DNA of 64,000 bases from the human T2T-CHM13v2.0 reference genome, Homo sapiens. Both the position numbers and the translations under genes were made by a program. The DNA is taken from NCBI RefSeq assembly GCF_009914755.1, contig NC_060930.1, one strand, 5' to 3'. How positions within the stretch are numbered: the stretch's first letter is position 1; each line of letters starts with the position of its first letter. Of the stretch, positions 25,776 to 41,681 are shown piece by piece. The notes under the pieces are model-generated. The model did no database searches, was not told the DNA's origin, and saw only the letters and a list, made by a program, of their open reading frames with translations.

Positions 25776-25823
25776 ATGCAGGGGCTCCTCTTCTCCACTC
25801 TTCTGCTTGCTGGCCTGGCACAG
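25776..25823 (+). CDS. CCN6: CCN6 (WISP3) coding exon 1, signal peptide MQGLLFSTLLLAGLAQ; in-frame upstream ATG at 25722 adds 18 aa
   Basis: Recognised N-terminus; donor CAG|gtaagt; 48 nt, phase 0. Confidence 0.96.
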
Positions 25824-26967
25824 GTAAGTCCTCTCCCCCGACTCTTTCCCTTCCGGAGGCTATGGCCATCCTTAGTTCTTCAGGCCCAAAACTAAACAAA
25901 ACGAAGATGGAGGAAGAGGGAGGATCAATGGCTTGTGGAACTACTTCATGAGAAATAGGAAGCCATTTTTCTTTCCAAATAAAGTTCTGTGTTCGTTCAT
26001 GAGCTTCATGAAAGAAATGTAAAACATTTCTCCCTTTCAGGTAATGGCACCGAAGCCTCCTTTCGCTATGTTTGAACAGCGCCACGCTTTCCTATATATT
26101 TTTATAGCAGAGCCTAAGGCACAGCCTGGCACAGTGCGGGAAACAGTGTCTCTCCATGCCAGCTCCAGGCGGAGGCTCAACTTTCCATTGCTGTTTGCAA
26201 AATGTGCAAAGAGCCCCTGGAAAAACGAATTTTGACAGCGACTTTTTCCAGTTAAGTCTGTCCTTCTTTGAAAGGGGCACTTTGGAATAAACATTTACAT
26301 TTTTAAAACATTCTCTTACTTTGTCTTTTCTCAGTCCATGTGTTTCTCACTTCCTGAAAGGGAAGCAGTCCATGGAGGCTTGGAAATATTTCAAGCAACA
26401 GACCAAAGGGAAGTTTAACTTACTATGAGCAATTCATTGCCTTAGTCTTTTTAAATAAGAAGATGAAAACAAGGTGACTTAATTGTTGATTTATTTACAC
26501 GGTAGACAGGAGACAGAGCTTTTGAAATCTGGTGATTTAGGAAACATGGGTGTGTCTGTGAGTTAGTAGTTGATTGGGGCCATAAGTAGTAGATACATCT
26601 TAGAAAACAAGGAATTGCAAATTGTTATACCATATAGAGAGAGATTTACGATTTCAAAAGAATCATGACAAGAATGTCAGTGGTCCAGGTCATTGCTGCT
26701 GTTCTGTGGAGGGGCTCACTCCCCTGTCTGTGTGCCTCCTATTCCACTGTTCTTGAGAAAAAGCCTGTCATTGTGGATTGAGAGCAGCTAGATGTTCTTA
26801 GACAGCAGGTATTCCAACACAGAGAGATGTGTACAAAATAAACAACAACAAACACAGAAAGGTGTTACACAAAGAGCGGTAAAAATGGATTATTTTGTGC
26901 TTAACTTTGCTTTTATGAATTCATAAATTCATGAAATAGCTGATAATACCTAGCATTTACTGAATAG

Positions 26968-27365
<398 letters not shown>

Positions 27366-27519
27366 TAATCCCATATTACAGAGGAGATCAAATGATGGGA
27401 AGTTCTGTAAGATCACAGAGCTGTTGCAAAGCTCGGATCTGTTGTCAAAATGCTTATTCTTTCTATTGCACCATTCTAGTGATGCTTATTGTCCTGAAAT
27501 TTTGCTGTTGAAAACAATC

Positions 27520-28445
27520 AAAATATGCCTGAGGAAAAGTGAAAAATATAAGATTCTTTATATTTACCCACATATTGACTATGTCCAGGCCTCTTCATTT
27601 CTTCCTGTATTTCTAAGTTACTATCATAACAGAAGATCTTCAGACCGAAGATCCTCCTTTAGTATTTCTTGTGAGGCAGATCAGCTAGCAACAATTTCTC
27701 TTAGGTTTTGTTTACCCAGAAACGGTTTTTATTTCACCATCATGTTTGAAAGACAGTTTCACTGGCTATATAATTCTGGATTGACAGGATTTTTTTTTTT
27801 CTCCGTTTAACATTGTCTCTGGGCATCTTGTTCTTCTCCATCTCTCCCTCCTCCTCCTTCTTTTGATGAGAAGTCAGATCTCAGTTTTATTGTACTTCTG
27901 TATGTAATGCTTCCCCCTTTTCTCAGTCTACTGTTATGATTTTCTTTATTTTGAGATGGAATCACCCTCTGTTGCCTAGGCTGGAGTGCAGTGGCGTGTC
28001 TTGGCTCACTGCAACCTCTGCCTTCTGGGTTCAAGCGATTCTCCTGTCTCAGCCTCCTGAGTAGCTGGGACTACAGGTGCACGCCACCACACCTGGCTAA
28101 GTTTTTGTATTTTTAGTAGAGATGGGGTTTTGCCATGTTGGCCAGGCTAGTCTTGAACTCCCCGCCTCAAGTGATCCACCTGCCTCGGCATCCCAAAGTG
28201 CTGGGATTACAGGCTATTTCAGCTTCATTTTTGAAAGATGGTTTCACTGGCCATATAATTCTGGGTTGACAGGTTGTTTTTTTTTCCTTTCAACATTGTC
28301 TTTGCACATCTTCTTCTCAATCTCTTCCTCCTCCTCCGTCTTTTGATGAGAAGTCAGATCTCATTTTTCATGTAATTCAGTATGTAATGCTTTTCTCAGT
28401 CTACTGTTATGATTTTCTCTTTATCCTTGGATTTCAACAGTGTTA
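27520..28445 (-). mobile_element. Ancient L1M fragment containing a ~215-bp duplication around an Alu
   Basis: L1M-like text: tcctttagtatttcttgt, tttgaaag...tttcactgg, gatgagaagtcag. Confidence 0.6.
27950..28213 (-). mobile_element. Alu (AluS-like), lacking about 20 nt of its 5' end, with almost no tail
   Basis: Antisense Alu ending at gggattacagg. Confidence 0.93.
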
Positions 28446-28599
28446 CCTTTTGACCTCAGAGATTATCTGGAAATGCTTCAAAATTGGAAAGTTAAAGAGG
28501 CATCCGGGGGCAGTTTTGGGAGTGTGCATTTCATTAGAAAGAACACATGAAAAAGCAGGGAGGAGAAAACCAACCCAGGGAGTCCAGCAAATGGCAAGT

Positions 28600-30480
28600 C
28601 ATGGAAGGAGAGTGTGTGAGAGCTAAAGCTCAAGAGGTAGGCAGGAGAGGGCTTTGGATAACTGGCTCAGAAGTTTAGGCTGCACAGTATGGACTATGGG
28701 GAACCCCTGATGGGCTTTAAGGAGAGGAGTAATACAACCAGACATGTTCTTTAAAGAGATTCCTCCAGGAGCAACATAGTAGATGCACTTGAAAAGTCAT
28801 TCTGGAGGGAGGAAGGTCAGTCAGGAACTCGTAGTGACGGTGCTTACTTAGTAGCAATGAAATGGGGAAAAGCATCTAGTTCTGGGAAGACGAGGACAAT
28901 ACAATACATAGGAGAGGGTCACTGAATCGTCATAGGAGGTGAGAGGGAGGAAGACAACCCAGATGAATCCAGCTTCCTGACTCCAAACTTTGAAGAGTGA
29001 AAAATGATGACTTTTGGACTTGAGTATTTCCTGGAGGACATTTGGGTGGAGATGTCCAGTAGGTAGTTATCTCACGGGTCCAGGGCTCAGTGGAGAAGTC
29101 CAGGCTGGAAATTTAGTTTTGAAACTTGCATAGGATGAAAACTGAAGGCAAGGGTGTGGGTGAGATTGCCAAGACACAGTGTAGAATGAGGCAAGCAATA
29201 CATTAAAGCTATGAAACACCAATAGGCCTAAATTTAAGTCAAATTCAGGGTAACAGGAGCCTGCGGAGGAGATTGAGAAAGTGCGTTGAAAAGTAAGGGG
29301 AGGACTGGGGGGACCAGATGTAATGAAATCCAAGGTAGAGGAGAGTTAAATGCCTTAGAGAGGTGGGGCAAGAGGAGGACTGAAGAGGGTTCACGGATGT
29401 GAGACCAGCAAAGAGGCCACTGAACCTGGCATCCTGAATCACTGGTGGCTATAGCTGAACCTGTGCAAAACTGAGATGGAGGCAAAATTTTTTTAAGTTT
29501 AAAATTTTTTTAGGATTCTAGCTTCACTATTTCTACTCCCTTCTCCATTTTGATGTTTCCTTTTCCCCTGCTCCTTCTCCAGAAGCCCAGCAGTGTCCTA
29601 TCCTCCCCATCAAAACCCATTCTCACGTTGTGCATGTAACTTTTGAATCACAGCTGAAACGTTACTCTTTACTGAGGCATATGTGTTTTACCAGTAGTAA
29701 GAAAAAAGGCTGAGGGTTTAATATTGGGTGGAATTTCCTACAGATACTTCTAAATGTAGAATTTTTGAGCTGCAAATGGACTTAGATCTAGTAATCAATT
29801 CAACAGTCCCTGGTTCCATCAAATAAACATTAAGAGTTATTTACATAAGCAAATTGCCAGGCACTGTGCTAGGTGCTGGTGGTATACTCACAAACAAACC
29901 ACAAGCACCTGAGGTTGGGTGGCTTTACGGCTAGTGGAAGAGATAGGCACTTACATGGGTAATTTCAGTTTAAAAATGTGTGCAAGGCAGGGAAGTTATA
30001 GGAACCTTTCTGGAAAAGATGATACTGAAACAGAACCTTGAAGTATCCTTTAACTAGATGAAGAAGGAGCTGGGTCTGGGCAGAATGTCCCAGGCAGGAG
30101 GAACAGCATCATATATGCAGGGAACTACAGGCACTTTAACTTTCTGGAACCTAATGCATACAAGAACTGCAAGACACGAGGAGGGCCCTGAATGCTGTGC
30201 ATAAGTGCTTGCACATTTCCTGTAGGTCAGACACTTTCACGTGTGAAGGATGAGGGAGAGGAAGAAATCCAGATGGTTTTCAGCTTCCTGACTAGGGGAC
30301 CTGAGTGGATGGTGACGCCATTCACTAAAATGGGAACTGCTAGTTGAGGAGCAGTTTGTCAGGGGGAGGGTACTTGTAGAACCTCAAAGTGCATATGTAC
30401 CATAGCAACTAATAAGTTGTAAGCTTAAGGGATGAGGTCTAGGCTGGAGAAATAGATGCAGAGATTTGGTGATTTGTTCT
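28600..30480. mobile_element. Fragmented L2 LINE segments
   Basis: Purine-rich L2 motifs such as gtggagatgtccagtaggtagtt, caggctggaaatttagttttg, caggcactgtgctaggtgctgg. Confidence 0.6.
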
Positions 30481-30659
30481 GTATCAAAGCTGGGTTGCAG
30501 TATGATTTGGACTAGGAAAGGAAGGAGGGTAAGTGTTGAGAGCTTAGGCTCTGGAACCTGCCTGCCTGATTTAAATCAGTCTTCTATCACTTACTTGATA
30601 TGTCACATAGGACAACTTAAATAATTTGAGTCTCAGGGTCCTCATTTACAAAATGGAGT

Positions 30660-31133
30660 ATACAGTTTCCTATTGCTGCTGTAAGAAATCACCAACTTGA
30701 ATGGCTTAAAACAACATGATTATCTACAGTTCTGGACATCTGATGTCCAAAAATGGGTCTTACAGGGCTAAAATCAAGCGTTGGCAGGACTGCCTCCCTT
30801 CTGGAGGTGGCAGGGGAGAATCCATTCTTTGCCTGTTCCAGCTTTTAAAGGCTGTCTGGCTTCCTTGGACCATGACCCATTTCAGCAACGGCATCGCTCC
30901 TACCTCTGCTTCTGCCATCACATCTTCTCTGACATGCCTGCCTCCTTCCCCAGTGGACCCAATGTACTTGTGATTACCTTGGGCCCACCTGGATAATCGA
31001 GAGTGATAACCTCAAGATTCTTAAGTTGATCACATATGCAAAAATCCCCTTCAATGTTTTAGGTAACATATATGCACAGACTCCAGGGATTAGGACATGG
31101 ACATCTTTGAGGGGACCACTATCTGCCTATCAC
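30660..31133 (-). mobile_element. MLT1 (MLT1C-like) MaLR LTR
   Basis: tttcctattgctgctgtaa...ggcttaaaacaaca...gggcccacctggataatc...gggattaggacatggacatctttgagggg. Confidence 0.85.
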
Positions 31134-31229
31134 ATGGTATAATCACCACTGCACGCTGTTGCTATGAAGTTTGATTGAAATAACCATGTAAAGTGATTTA
31201 TAAAGATGGCAGTCATCAAGACAGACATT

Positions 31230-32290
31230 AGGCAAAGATCTTGCTTTCAAGATGCTCACATTCTTGGTGCAGGTATCAGAAAGTAAACAACTGAAATGTG
31301 TAGGTAATAAGAAAGGTGGTAAACTCTACGGTGAAAGGACTGGGATAGGGTGCCCTTTCACAAAGAGTGGTCAAAGAGGGCCTCACTGAGAAATTTGAGC
31401 ACAGACCTAAAGAGAGTAAAAGAGTGAGCCATGAAGATATCTAGGGGCAGAGTGTGCTTGGAGTCAGAGAACAAGGACGCTGGTGTGGCTGGTGTGGAGG
31501 CAGCAAGGGGGTGAGTGGCAGTGGGCAAAGTAATATGGGGAGGGGGGACCACAGGATGCAGGGCCATGGTGGCACTTTGAATTTTACATGGAAATGGGAG
31601 GCCATGAGGAAGTCACTCCATATGAGCAAAGAGTGATATGAACTGGCTTATTTTTAAAGAATCATTCTGGATGTCAAGTGGACAAAGGAGCAAGGAAGGT
31701 GAACACTCAGGAGGCTATTGTAATCATCCAAGTGAACAATGATGACTTGGATTATGATGGTAACAGAGAAGGTATCAATAAATGATCAAGGTGGGTATTT
31801 TTAAAGGTGTAATAAACAGGATTTACTGATGGAATTAGATGTAAAATATGAAAGAGAAGAGTCAAGCATGATCTGATCTCAAGGTATTTTGGAAATATAT
31901 TGGCATTTGCTTAAATAGGGAAGTGTGTGGAAGAGCAGAGTGGAAGGGGAAGCTTGGGAGCTTGTTTTTGGTCATATTAAATTTGCTATACCTATTAAAC
32001 ATCAAAGTGGAGATGTTAAGTAGGCAGTTTGAGTCTGAGTTCAGAAGAGGGGTATGAGTTGGAGATAAGAGATATAGTGAGGGAAGATACTTTAGAGGCC
32101 TTATCCATGGGGCTCTGAGGTTTACAGATTAAGAGGATGAGAAGAAACTGACAAAGGAGAGTGAGAAGGAGCAGTCAGTGATAAAGGAGGAGTAAGAGTG
32201 GAATAAGAGGAATAAGAGCCTCCAACAGTCTTGGAGGCTGAGTGAAGAATAGTTTAAGGAGAGTAATTGTGTCAAATGCTGATAGGTGTT
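31230..32290. mobile_element. L2 LINE fragment
   Basis: gaggctattgtaatcatcca, aggatttactgatgg, gtggagatgttaagtaggcagtt, gtgtcaaatgct. Confidence 0.7.
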
Positions 32291-32384
32291 ATTATAATGA
32301 TTGTAACTCACCACTCTGTATACTACCTGTTTGGGGGAAATCTTCTATTCCTGTTATACTATTACATAGAGAAGCTATTTCTAA

Positions 32385-32957
<573 letters not shown>

Positions 32958-34019
32958 TAATGATAGAAAATAAAAGGAATTATCTAGAGTCTGACTTTTT
33001 AAAGAGCTACAAAATGACAGCTTTTGTTAATACTGTCAAAAACAATCCGAATTCGGCCTTTTCTGTAACAAAAAATGATCTGCTTAAAAATACTAGAATG
33101 TATACCCAGTATTCAGACATACAACTTTAACCTCAGCTTTCCCAACTAATGACCGAGTTGCTGTGCTTTTTACTTCAGCAGATTTGTAAAAAAAGAAGGT
33201 GAGGTCACCCCAAACCACAACCTGACCCTCAGCCTTATGTGACTAAGTTCTGGAGACTGATTCAGACCATCTAAACATTGACACTAATTCAGGGTGCCAA
33301 ATTATTTAGGATTAAACAAATAAAATTTATAAGGGAAGAGAAACACTCATGTCACCTGGGCAGTTTAGTCCGTCTGTAGAAAAGTCAAAGTAGGAAGGCA
33401 AATTACTATCAGAAGTTTGGTTATGAGCCATGGAATGAGAGCCTACCTTTGGAGTCAGGCTGAATGTGTAGAGCACTCAAGCTTGATAGCCTGATGCCCC
33501 TGCCAGCACTGTATTGTATGGTTAAAAATGTGGGATCTAGGTTCAAGTCCTGACTGCTCTGCTAACTAAATACACTTGATCAAGTTGTTTATTCTCTGTG
33601 TGTCTCAGTTACATAATATGTACTTCCTAGCTTATAGAGTTGCTGGGAGGATCAAATAAAATAATGACATAAAACGCCTAGCACAATAGCTGGTATTCAG
33701 TAGGATCCCAAAAATGTTATTTATTGGAATCCTATAATGAAAACATGACCTATCAAACAAAGTGGCATTCAGGACACCCATTTTTCCCAAGCTAGGCAGG
33801 TTATTTCATTAAACCAACAAACACTTAGTGACCATCCACTACAGAGCCAAGCACTGTGGCCAGCAACTGAGGACACGACAGGAAAAACAAAAGATATAGG
33901 CCTTGGCCTCAGAGAATGAAATATTAAGATGTCAGACCTTTCTGTAAGTAATTTCACACAAAATGTGATGAGACTTTTAACAGGGCATAGCCACGAGGAT
34001 AGGAATGGGGATAATCTAT

Positions 34020-34230
34020 AACTGGAGCCCCAAACTATGACCTGAGGGTCAAATCTAGCCAACAGCCTGTTTTTGTAAATAATGCTTTATTGGAACATGG
34101 CACATTAATGTAGAGTCTTTGGCTGCTTTGCAATGGCAGAGTCAGTAGTTTTGACCAAACACTCTCTGGCTTGCAAAGGCTAAGATATTTTCTAGTTGGC
34201 TCTTTTCAGAAAACCTGATGATCCCTGATC
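34020..34230. mobile_element. MER58A-like DNA transposon
   Basis: caaactatg...caaatctagcc...cctgtttttgtaaataa...tttattggaaca. Confidence 0.75.
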
Positions 34231-34234
34231 AAGA

Positions 34235-35685
34235 GCAACATTTTAAAAGCTTTTTGATCTGCGGACCCCTTTACAGTCTTAGAAATTACCCCTTTATACT
34301 CTTAGAAATTAATGAGGACCTAAAGAGGTTTTATGTGGGTTTTATCATTGATATTTGATGGATTAGAAATTTAGAAATATTTATTCACTTAAAAAGAATA
34401 AACCCATTGCAGATTAATAAGAATAACGTTTTTATGAAAAAACATGTAACTTATTTTCCAAAGAAAAATTTAGTAAAAGAGTGTCATTGTTTTACATTTT
34501 TTGCAAATCTCTCTAGTGTCTAGCTCAATAGAAGATAGCTAGAGTCGCACATTTGCTGCTTCTTTCAATCTGTTACTATGTGTTTTTCTGGTTGAAATAT
34601 GTGAAGAAAATCTGGCATCACACAGATATGTAATTTGAAAAGGGAGGAATATTTTAACAGGCTTTTCAGATCATTGTGTATATACTTTTATGTTTATTGA
34701 TATTATATTAAAACTTGGCAAGTGACAGTGCCTTAAAAATTAGCTGCATCATGGAATCTGAAACCATATCAATGAACTTTCGACTCTGTGACATTAAAAT
34801 GCATTGGTCTATCCAAGACCCATTTGGAATAGATCTTTTACTCATGTATAATTTTGCCATTCTATGCATTGTTCATTTGGAAAATATGTTTACTGTGTTG
34901 TAGAGATGTTCAAAATATTGATACACTTAATTATGTAATATCTAAAAAAAATCACATTAATATCATCCTCACCAGAAAAGTCTACATATTGGATAAATAT
35001 AAAGTTTTCAGTGATGGATACAAGTTTTCCAAAATTCTAATTTTTCCTTGAAATCTTGAATTCTCGCATTGGCAAAAAATGCTGTCACAGTTGTTTTCCT
35101 TGAAGTGACAGGCTCAGTTTGCTCATCTTCAAAAAAAATTTCCAAAATACACAAGTCTGAATAACCAGTTTATCATCAGTCATTTCTTCAAGTAAAATTC
35201 CCACTAAAAAAAGTGGTTAGCTCAGCTCACAACTTTACCAATGACATAGTTCCTTAAGTTTCCCTGAGAGAGCAGTTTGCTGAAGTTTCAAGACAGCTGT
35301 TGCACTAAAATATTCTATGTATATTTCCTATTTTGTCACGTAGAATATTAAAGAGACCAGTATTTGATGATTAAGATTTAATAAAATTAATACTTTTTGC
35401 TGTGCCATCAAGGACATTCTTAGGTAAAACTTCCCCCACCCCTTTTAAAGTATAAGTACCTGGCAAGGAAAAATACAAGATTACCTCTACAGTTTGATTC
35501 ATGCCAAGGCACCAGCAGTTCAGTTTTAGCCACAGTTGCTTTTGTAGCACCGGTGCAAATACCAACACAGTGAAAAAGGCCAGCCACATCTTAGTATTTG
35601 GAAAAGAGTTTTGACCTTGCAGATCCCCTAAAAGTGTCTCAGGTACTGCCAAGGGATTAGAGGACCACACTTGGGGAACAGCCTA
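34235..35685. mobile_element. Charlie1-type hAT DNA transposon
   Basis: ggacccctttaca.tctta at left end, ggaccacactt.ggaac at right end; Charlie1-like internal text. Confidence 0.7.
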
Positions 35686-36030
35686 TCCAGAAAGTCAAGA
35701 ATACCCATCAGAGGAAGGGAAACTCTCCTGCAATCTCTTAACAAAAACCATCAGTACCTTGCGGTTCTGTAGTTAACTAACGTATAGTTTCTTCAGACAT
35801 TCACTTATCCTGTCTTCCTAAGACTATATCCTAGCCTATTGTTGGATGTCTGAGAAAACCTGTCTCACTAGGCATTAACCTGTCTCAGATTTATTATCAA
35901 CCACTATACTTATGGTGATTTTACAGGGTCTTTACTTGGTCTTAATTCTGGAAGTGACCATGTGGGGTTTATAGCCTGCAATATAATAAAAATGCCTCAC
36001 TTTAGAAACCTTTCTACAGATGTCCTGTGA

Positions 36031-36426
<396 letters not shown>

Positions 36427-36979
36427 TAGAGCTATTTTTCACGTATGACCTTGGTGGTATTCCTTCATGTTCCTTTTACGTATCATAGGTACTCAGTAAG
36501 TACTTGTTGATTGGTGGTCAGAGTGAGATATAGTTTGAGTGTATCATTTTACTTAATCTTTGCCTCAGACAGGGATAAATATCTGCAAAGGAAATTTTAT
36601 AATGTTTTAGAATTTTCTGGTAAAACATTTAAAAACATTTTTAAAAGATCTACTAGGTCAGGAAGCTCTACTAAAATCTTACACCTCTGCTTATTTCTAA
36701 CCTCTTCTCAGGAAAATTGACCAAATATTGTTCACATGTACCCTAGAACAACTTATTTTTATTGTTCTATTATGGGCAAGAAGTTTGACCATTCACTTCC
36801 CCAAATTTTAAAAGGTAACATTTCTATGTGATACAGGCAGAAATGGGAGGCTACTGCTGAAAAATATTTAAGAACTGACACATATTTTGAACTTGTAAAT
36901 ATTATTTCTAAAAATAGAAATCTCGTAGGAAGTCCTTTCCCTCACTCTGAAATTGAAGCTCAATTGTTAATCTCTCTGT

Positions 36980-37085
36980 AAACACACACACACAAACACA
37001 CACACGCACACACACACAAACACACACGCACACACACACGCACGCACACACACACACACACAAACACACACATGCACACACACAG
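36980..37085. repeat. Imperfect (CA)n microsatellite
   Basis: Visible directly. Confidence 0.95.
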
Positions 37086-39558
37086 GCATTTTTAAGTAGG
37101 TTACCCATGTATCTATGTTCTCAGAAAAATGAAGTGTGATCCTTCATTACTCATCTTGTGTATCTGGCCATTTCAAACAGCTTAAGTATACTTATAAACC
37201 TTGTATTCTGGTCTGCTCTAAGTTAGCATTTTATTTAAGCATCAGCATATTTTGGGAACAGGAGTTTCAGAACCACCAGCAAATAAAGTATAGAGGAGGA
37301 GGGACTCAAAAGGGGCAACATCGAAGTCTGGTTCTTGTTCACATCTCTGTGTTCTCATCCAGAAATCAAGAATGCCTTTTTCTTAAAGTTTAGAGCTTAG
37401 TGAGAGGTGCCATGGAAATGCAGAATACTTGAATATGTTAACAACTCATGAGTTCACTTTTATTAAGTGGATATTTAATAAAGGCAACTATAAGCAGAGA
37501 AATGAGTTTAGATATTTAAGAACTAACTCTATGAAAGGAACATCCTCAGCAACTCCAGTTTTGTCAGTAAATTAGAAAAAAAATTTACTAGGTTGTTGTG
37601 AATTTGCATTTACTATACATGTTCAGTTGACAGCATGACACTGTTAATGCTCTGAAATCTCTGAAATTATAAGCCATGTCCTTATTTTTTTTTTTCAAAA
37701 TGTACAGAACAGTTGGTTTTCTGCATTGGATTTTAGTCATTCAGTATAAGGCTCTTAGAACCCACACATAAACTTCCCTGGGAAGACTACCTTAGAGCAG
37801 TTTTCCACAAGTGAAGCCCTTTGGATCAAGTTCAAGTTGGTCTCATTTTAGAAGTTAGAGCAGTTCAGTGGATTCACTTTGACCTTGGTTGGGAGAGGCA
37901 TCAGATAGTCAGTCTTAGTAGTTAGTGTTTTGTCAGGTAAAACAAGAAAATCTCCTGAAGTGTTCTCTGGTATTTATGATTTAGACCTAGGTGTGTTTCA
38001 AATGAAGTATACGTTCAGTCTAATGTCTCTTCTTTGCTTAACTGTGAAATTATATTTATGGCCCACACAGGAATTTGGCTTTTAAAATTAACCATAATGA
38101 CAAAAACACATACTTTTAGATATATTTGTGACAGTAATTTATAGTCTATGGTTGGAATCTAGCTTTTGCTAGGTCAGTATGAAGCACGCAATGACATAAT
38201 GCCCTCATGCTTTTTTCAATGCCCTCATGCTTTTTTCAATGCTCACCAAACACTAAGCTTTGTTTAAAAAATCTCTTCTAGTTTTCTTGCTTTTTAATGA
38301 ATGGTAAATTCCTGAACTACAGCTGTCGGTTTAACAAGTGGGATTACTGGTAACACGGTAATCTAACCTGCCTTTATTTATTGCAGATGTGTGCCAAGCT
38401 TCTAATCTGCTTCCTGCATTGAGGTCTTTAAACTGTTGTCTACCTTCCAGGTATCTTCACGTTTCTGCTTCCTCTCCTCAGTTCTATGTGCAATTGCAAG
38501 AGACTCTACTGTCATAACACTGAAAGCAGTGTCACAGTATCAATTAAAATAGAGCACATACTTTAAAGAGACTATTTCCTATGAAGAAGGCTTTTTTTTT
38601 TTCTGGGTGTTTTTCGAGTTTTAAGTTGATTTTTTTGAAGTAATATAGCCAGAATTTTGCTGTGCAGACTCAAATCACAACCATACTCCCAAAGCATCCA
38701 TTTCAAGATGCACATTAACCTTAAGGAAATGCCTTGAGACAGTAAGTCAATATGTAGTTTGCTTAAAATGAGCCAAGGGCCTGATTCATTTATAAGAAGA
38801 AGCTCCCAGTGACCTTACATGGAAATGGGAGCATTATTAGACCCTCTTATATTCTCTCTTCCCCTCCTATTTCTCCTTAGCAGCACATTGGAAGGGCTCT
38901 ATCTACTCACTCACTGACCCATCTATTGATCCATCCATTCTGTTTTTTCATATGTAATTCGAAATCTTAGCCAATTGGAGAGTACTTTGGGCCTAAGAAC
39001 ATAGGGAGTGTGACAATTAAGTTGAATGAATGAAATTATACGCTTGCAATGACTTTCTATATAAATGATTAGTTTAGTTCAGTGTAGTATTAATTAGACA
39101 GTTTTCTAAAAGACTAGATTAAAACAAATGGAAGAAATCTGGTCTCACTGATAGTCTCATTCTCAAATATAATTTTTGTATTTTAGATTTTAACATATTA
39201 TGAAAGTTAACATTAAGATCACACTGTTCTGATCAAATTCCCTAATTTTTATTTCAATGTCTGTTAGAAATGATGAGGCAAGAACAAGGGAAAAGACAAC
39301 TCAACAGGAACATAAGCTTAGGTTTAGTATTCAGAGGACAGGCAAAGCAGAAAAATGCAAATGAGTAAATCTTCTCAGTTTTTCAAAGATAAAGTATTTT
39401 TATTCCTCCTAAGAGACTGGACTGTAATACTTGATTGAAAGTTAATTTTGGGGTTGGGAAAGAGGGAGATAGAGTGATAAATTAGACCATCGGCTTCTTT
39501 TATTCTGAGTTATATTATACAAAAATACTCAGATTTCTTAAACATTAAACATGATTAA

Positions 39559-39834
<276 letters not shown>

Positions 39835-40726
39835 TAACTTAATTCAATATTAAGAGATTCCTGAAAAGTAAGCATGTGTGTGTTTTGGAGGGTGGGATGG
39901 TGTTTAGTTCTTAGAAAAATAAAAGCATCTCATTATAATGCTTAAAGTCAAACTATTTCAGAGGAAAACAGGTATTAACTGCATGTTGTGGGGAAAATTT
40001 TACCAACCAGAGCAGATTCTAACTTCTTTTTTCTATGTTAATGAATAAAAGATTTTGGTTGCTACACTATAATTATGAAAACAGATATTATGAACATCAG
40101 AGTAGAGAAGTCCTGATCTTAGTTATATATCACTAACTTGGAAGGAAGCCACACCATTTCCAAAATGCTCTATGCTTACATAGTAAACTTGCTAAAACAC
40201 TATGATAAAATATTTACCCTAAGATTGTTTGGTATAACTAGAGCTGGTCCTGCTTCTTGAATGAGGCAGTAAGTCTGTCTCAAAAAGGGTAATTTTTAGA
40301 AATGCTACACAATCCTTCTACCCCAAAGTTATTCTCTATCATATTAGCAAGTTGACAATTCAGTTTTAAAGAAAGATTAGGATAATTATTCATCTATGCA
40401 TCCACTGAAAACTGTCTGGGCTGTGTTATGGAATTTGCTAAGTCTTAGATAAATATTTAATAAGACATGGCTCTTGATATTAAACAAAACAGAAATTTCT
40501 ATTTATTGTAAAATTGAGTCAAGAATAGATAGCAAAAAACATTGAGGAGTACGTGCTATAATATGATGAAGAATAGAGAGGACAGACCTCTGATAAGAAG
40601 GGGATCTTAAGGGTAAAGAGAGTGCTGGAAATCACTACATAGCAACTTTTATTAATGCCTCCAAATACTCAGATTTGTACTATAAACTATTCTACATGTT
40701 TTCAAAACTATTGTAATAAAATTTAA

Positions 40727-41038
<312 letters not shown>

Positions 41039-41079
41039 AACCAAGCAAATGGGGGAAAAGTTAGTCAATCCTGTCATAT

Positions 41080-41085
41080 AATAAA
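41080..41085 (+). terminator. CCN6: Likely CCN6 polyadenylation signal AATAAA
   Basis: First AATAAA, about 40 nt after the stop codon. Confidence 0.7.
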
Positions 41086-41384
41086 AAAATTAGTGAGTAT
41101 AAAATGGTGGCAAATCTACTTTGTTTAAAACAGTATGAATGCCTATTCTCAGATCACTACATTTAAGGCATTAGAAACTTTTAAAAAGTTATCTTAAAAA
41201 TATACATAAAATTTGAACAACTTAAAAATTGAACTAATTTCTAAAATATATCCTATAATTATATAATACACAGACATTTGTTACCATCTAAGCATTTTGT
41301 ATATGAAAAAATTATGCAATTTACAAGAAAATATTTTACAAAATAATCTGGAATACTTGCTAAAGCTGTATAAAAAGTATACTA

Positions 41385-41681
<297 letters not shown>

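Noticed and set aside
25068-26085. Overlapping 100-174-aa ORFs on both strands at the CCN6 promoter
   Set aside because: Expected in GC-rich DNA; only the MNKRR.../MQGLL... frame matches a known protein
38198-38242. 20-bp tandem microduplication (similar ones at 14161-14192 and about 55143-55168)
   Set aside because: Ordinary slippage-type duplications with no functional cue
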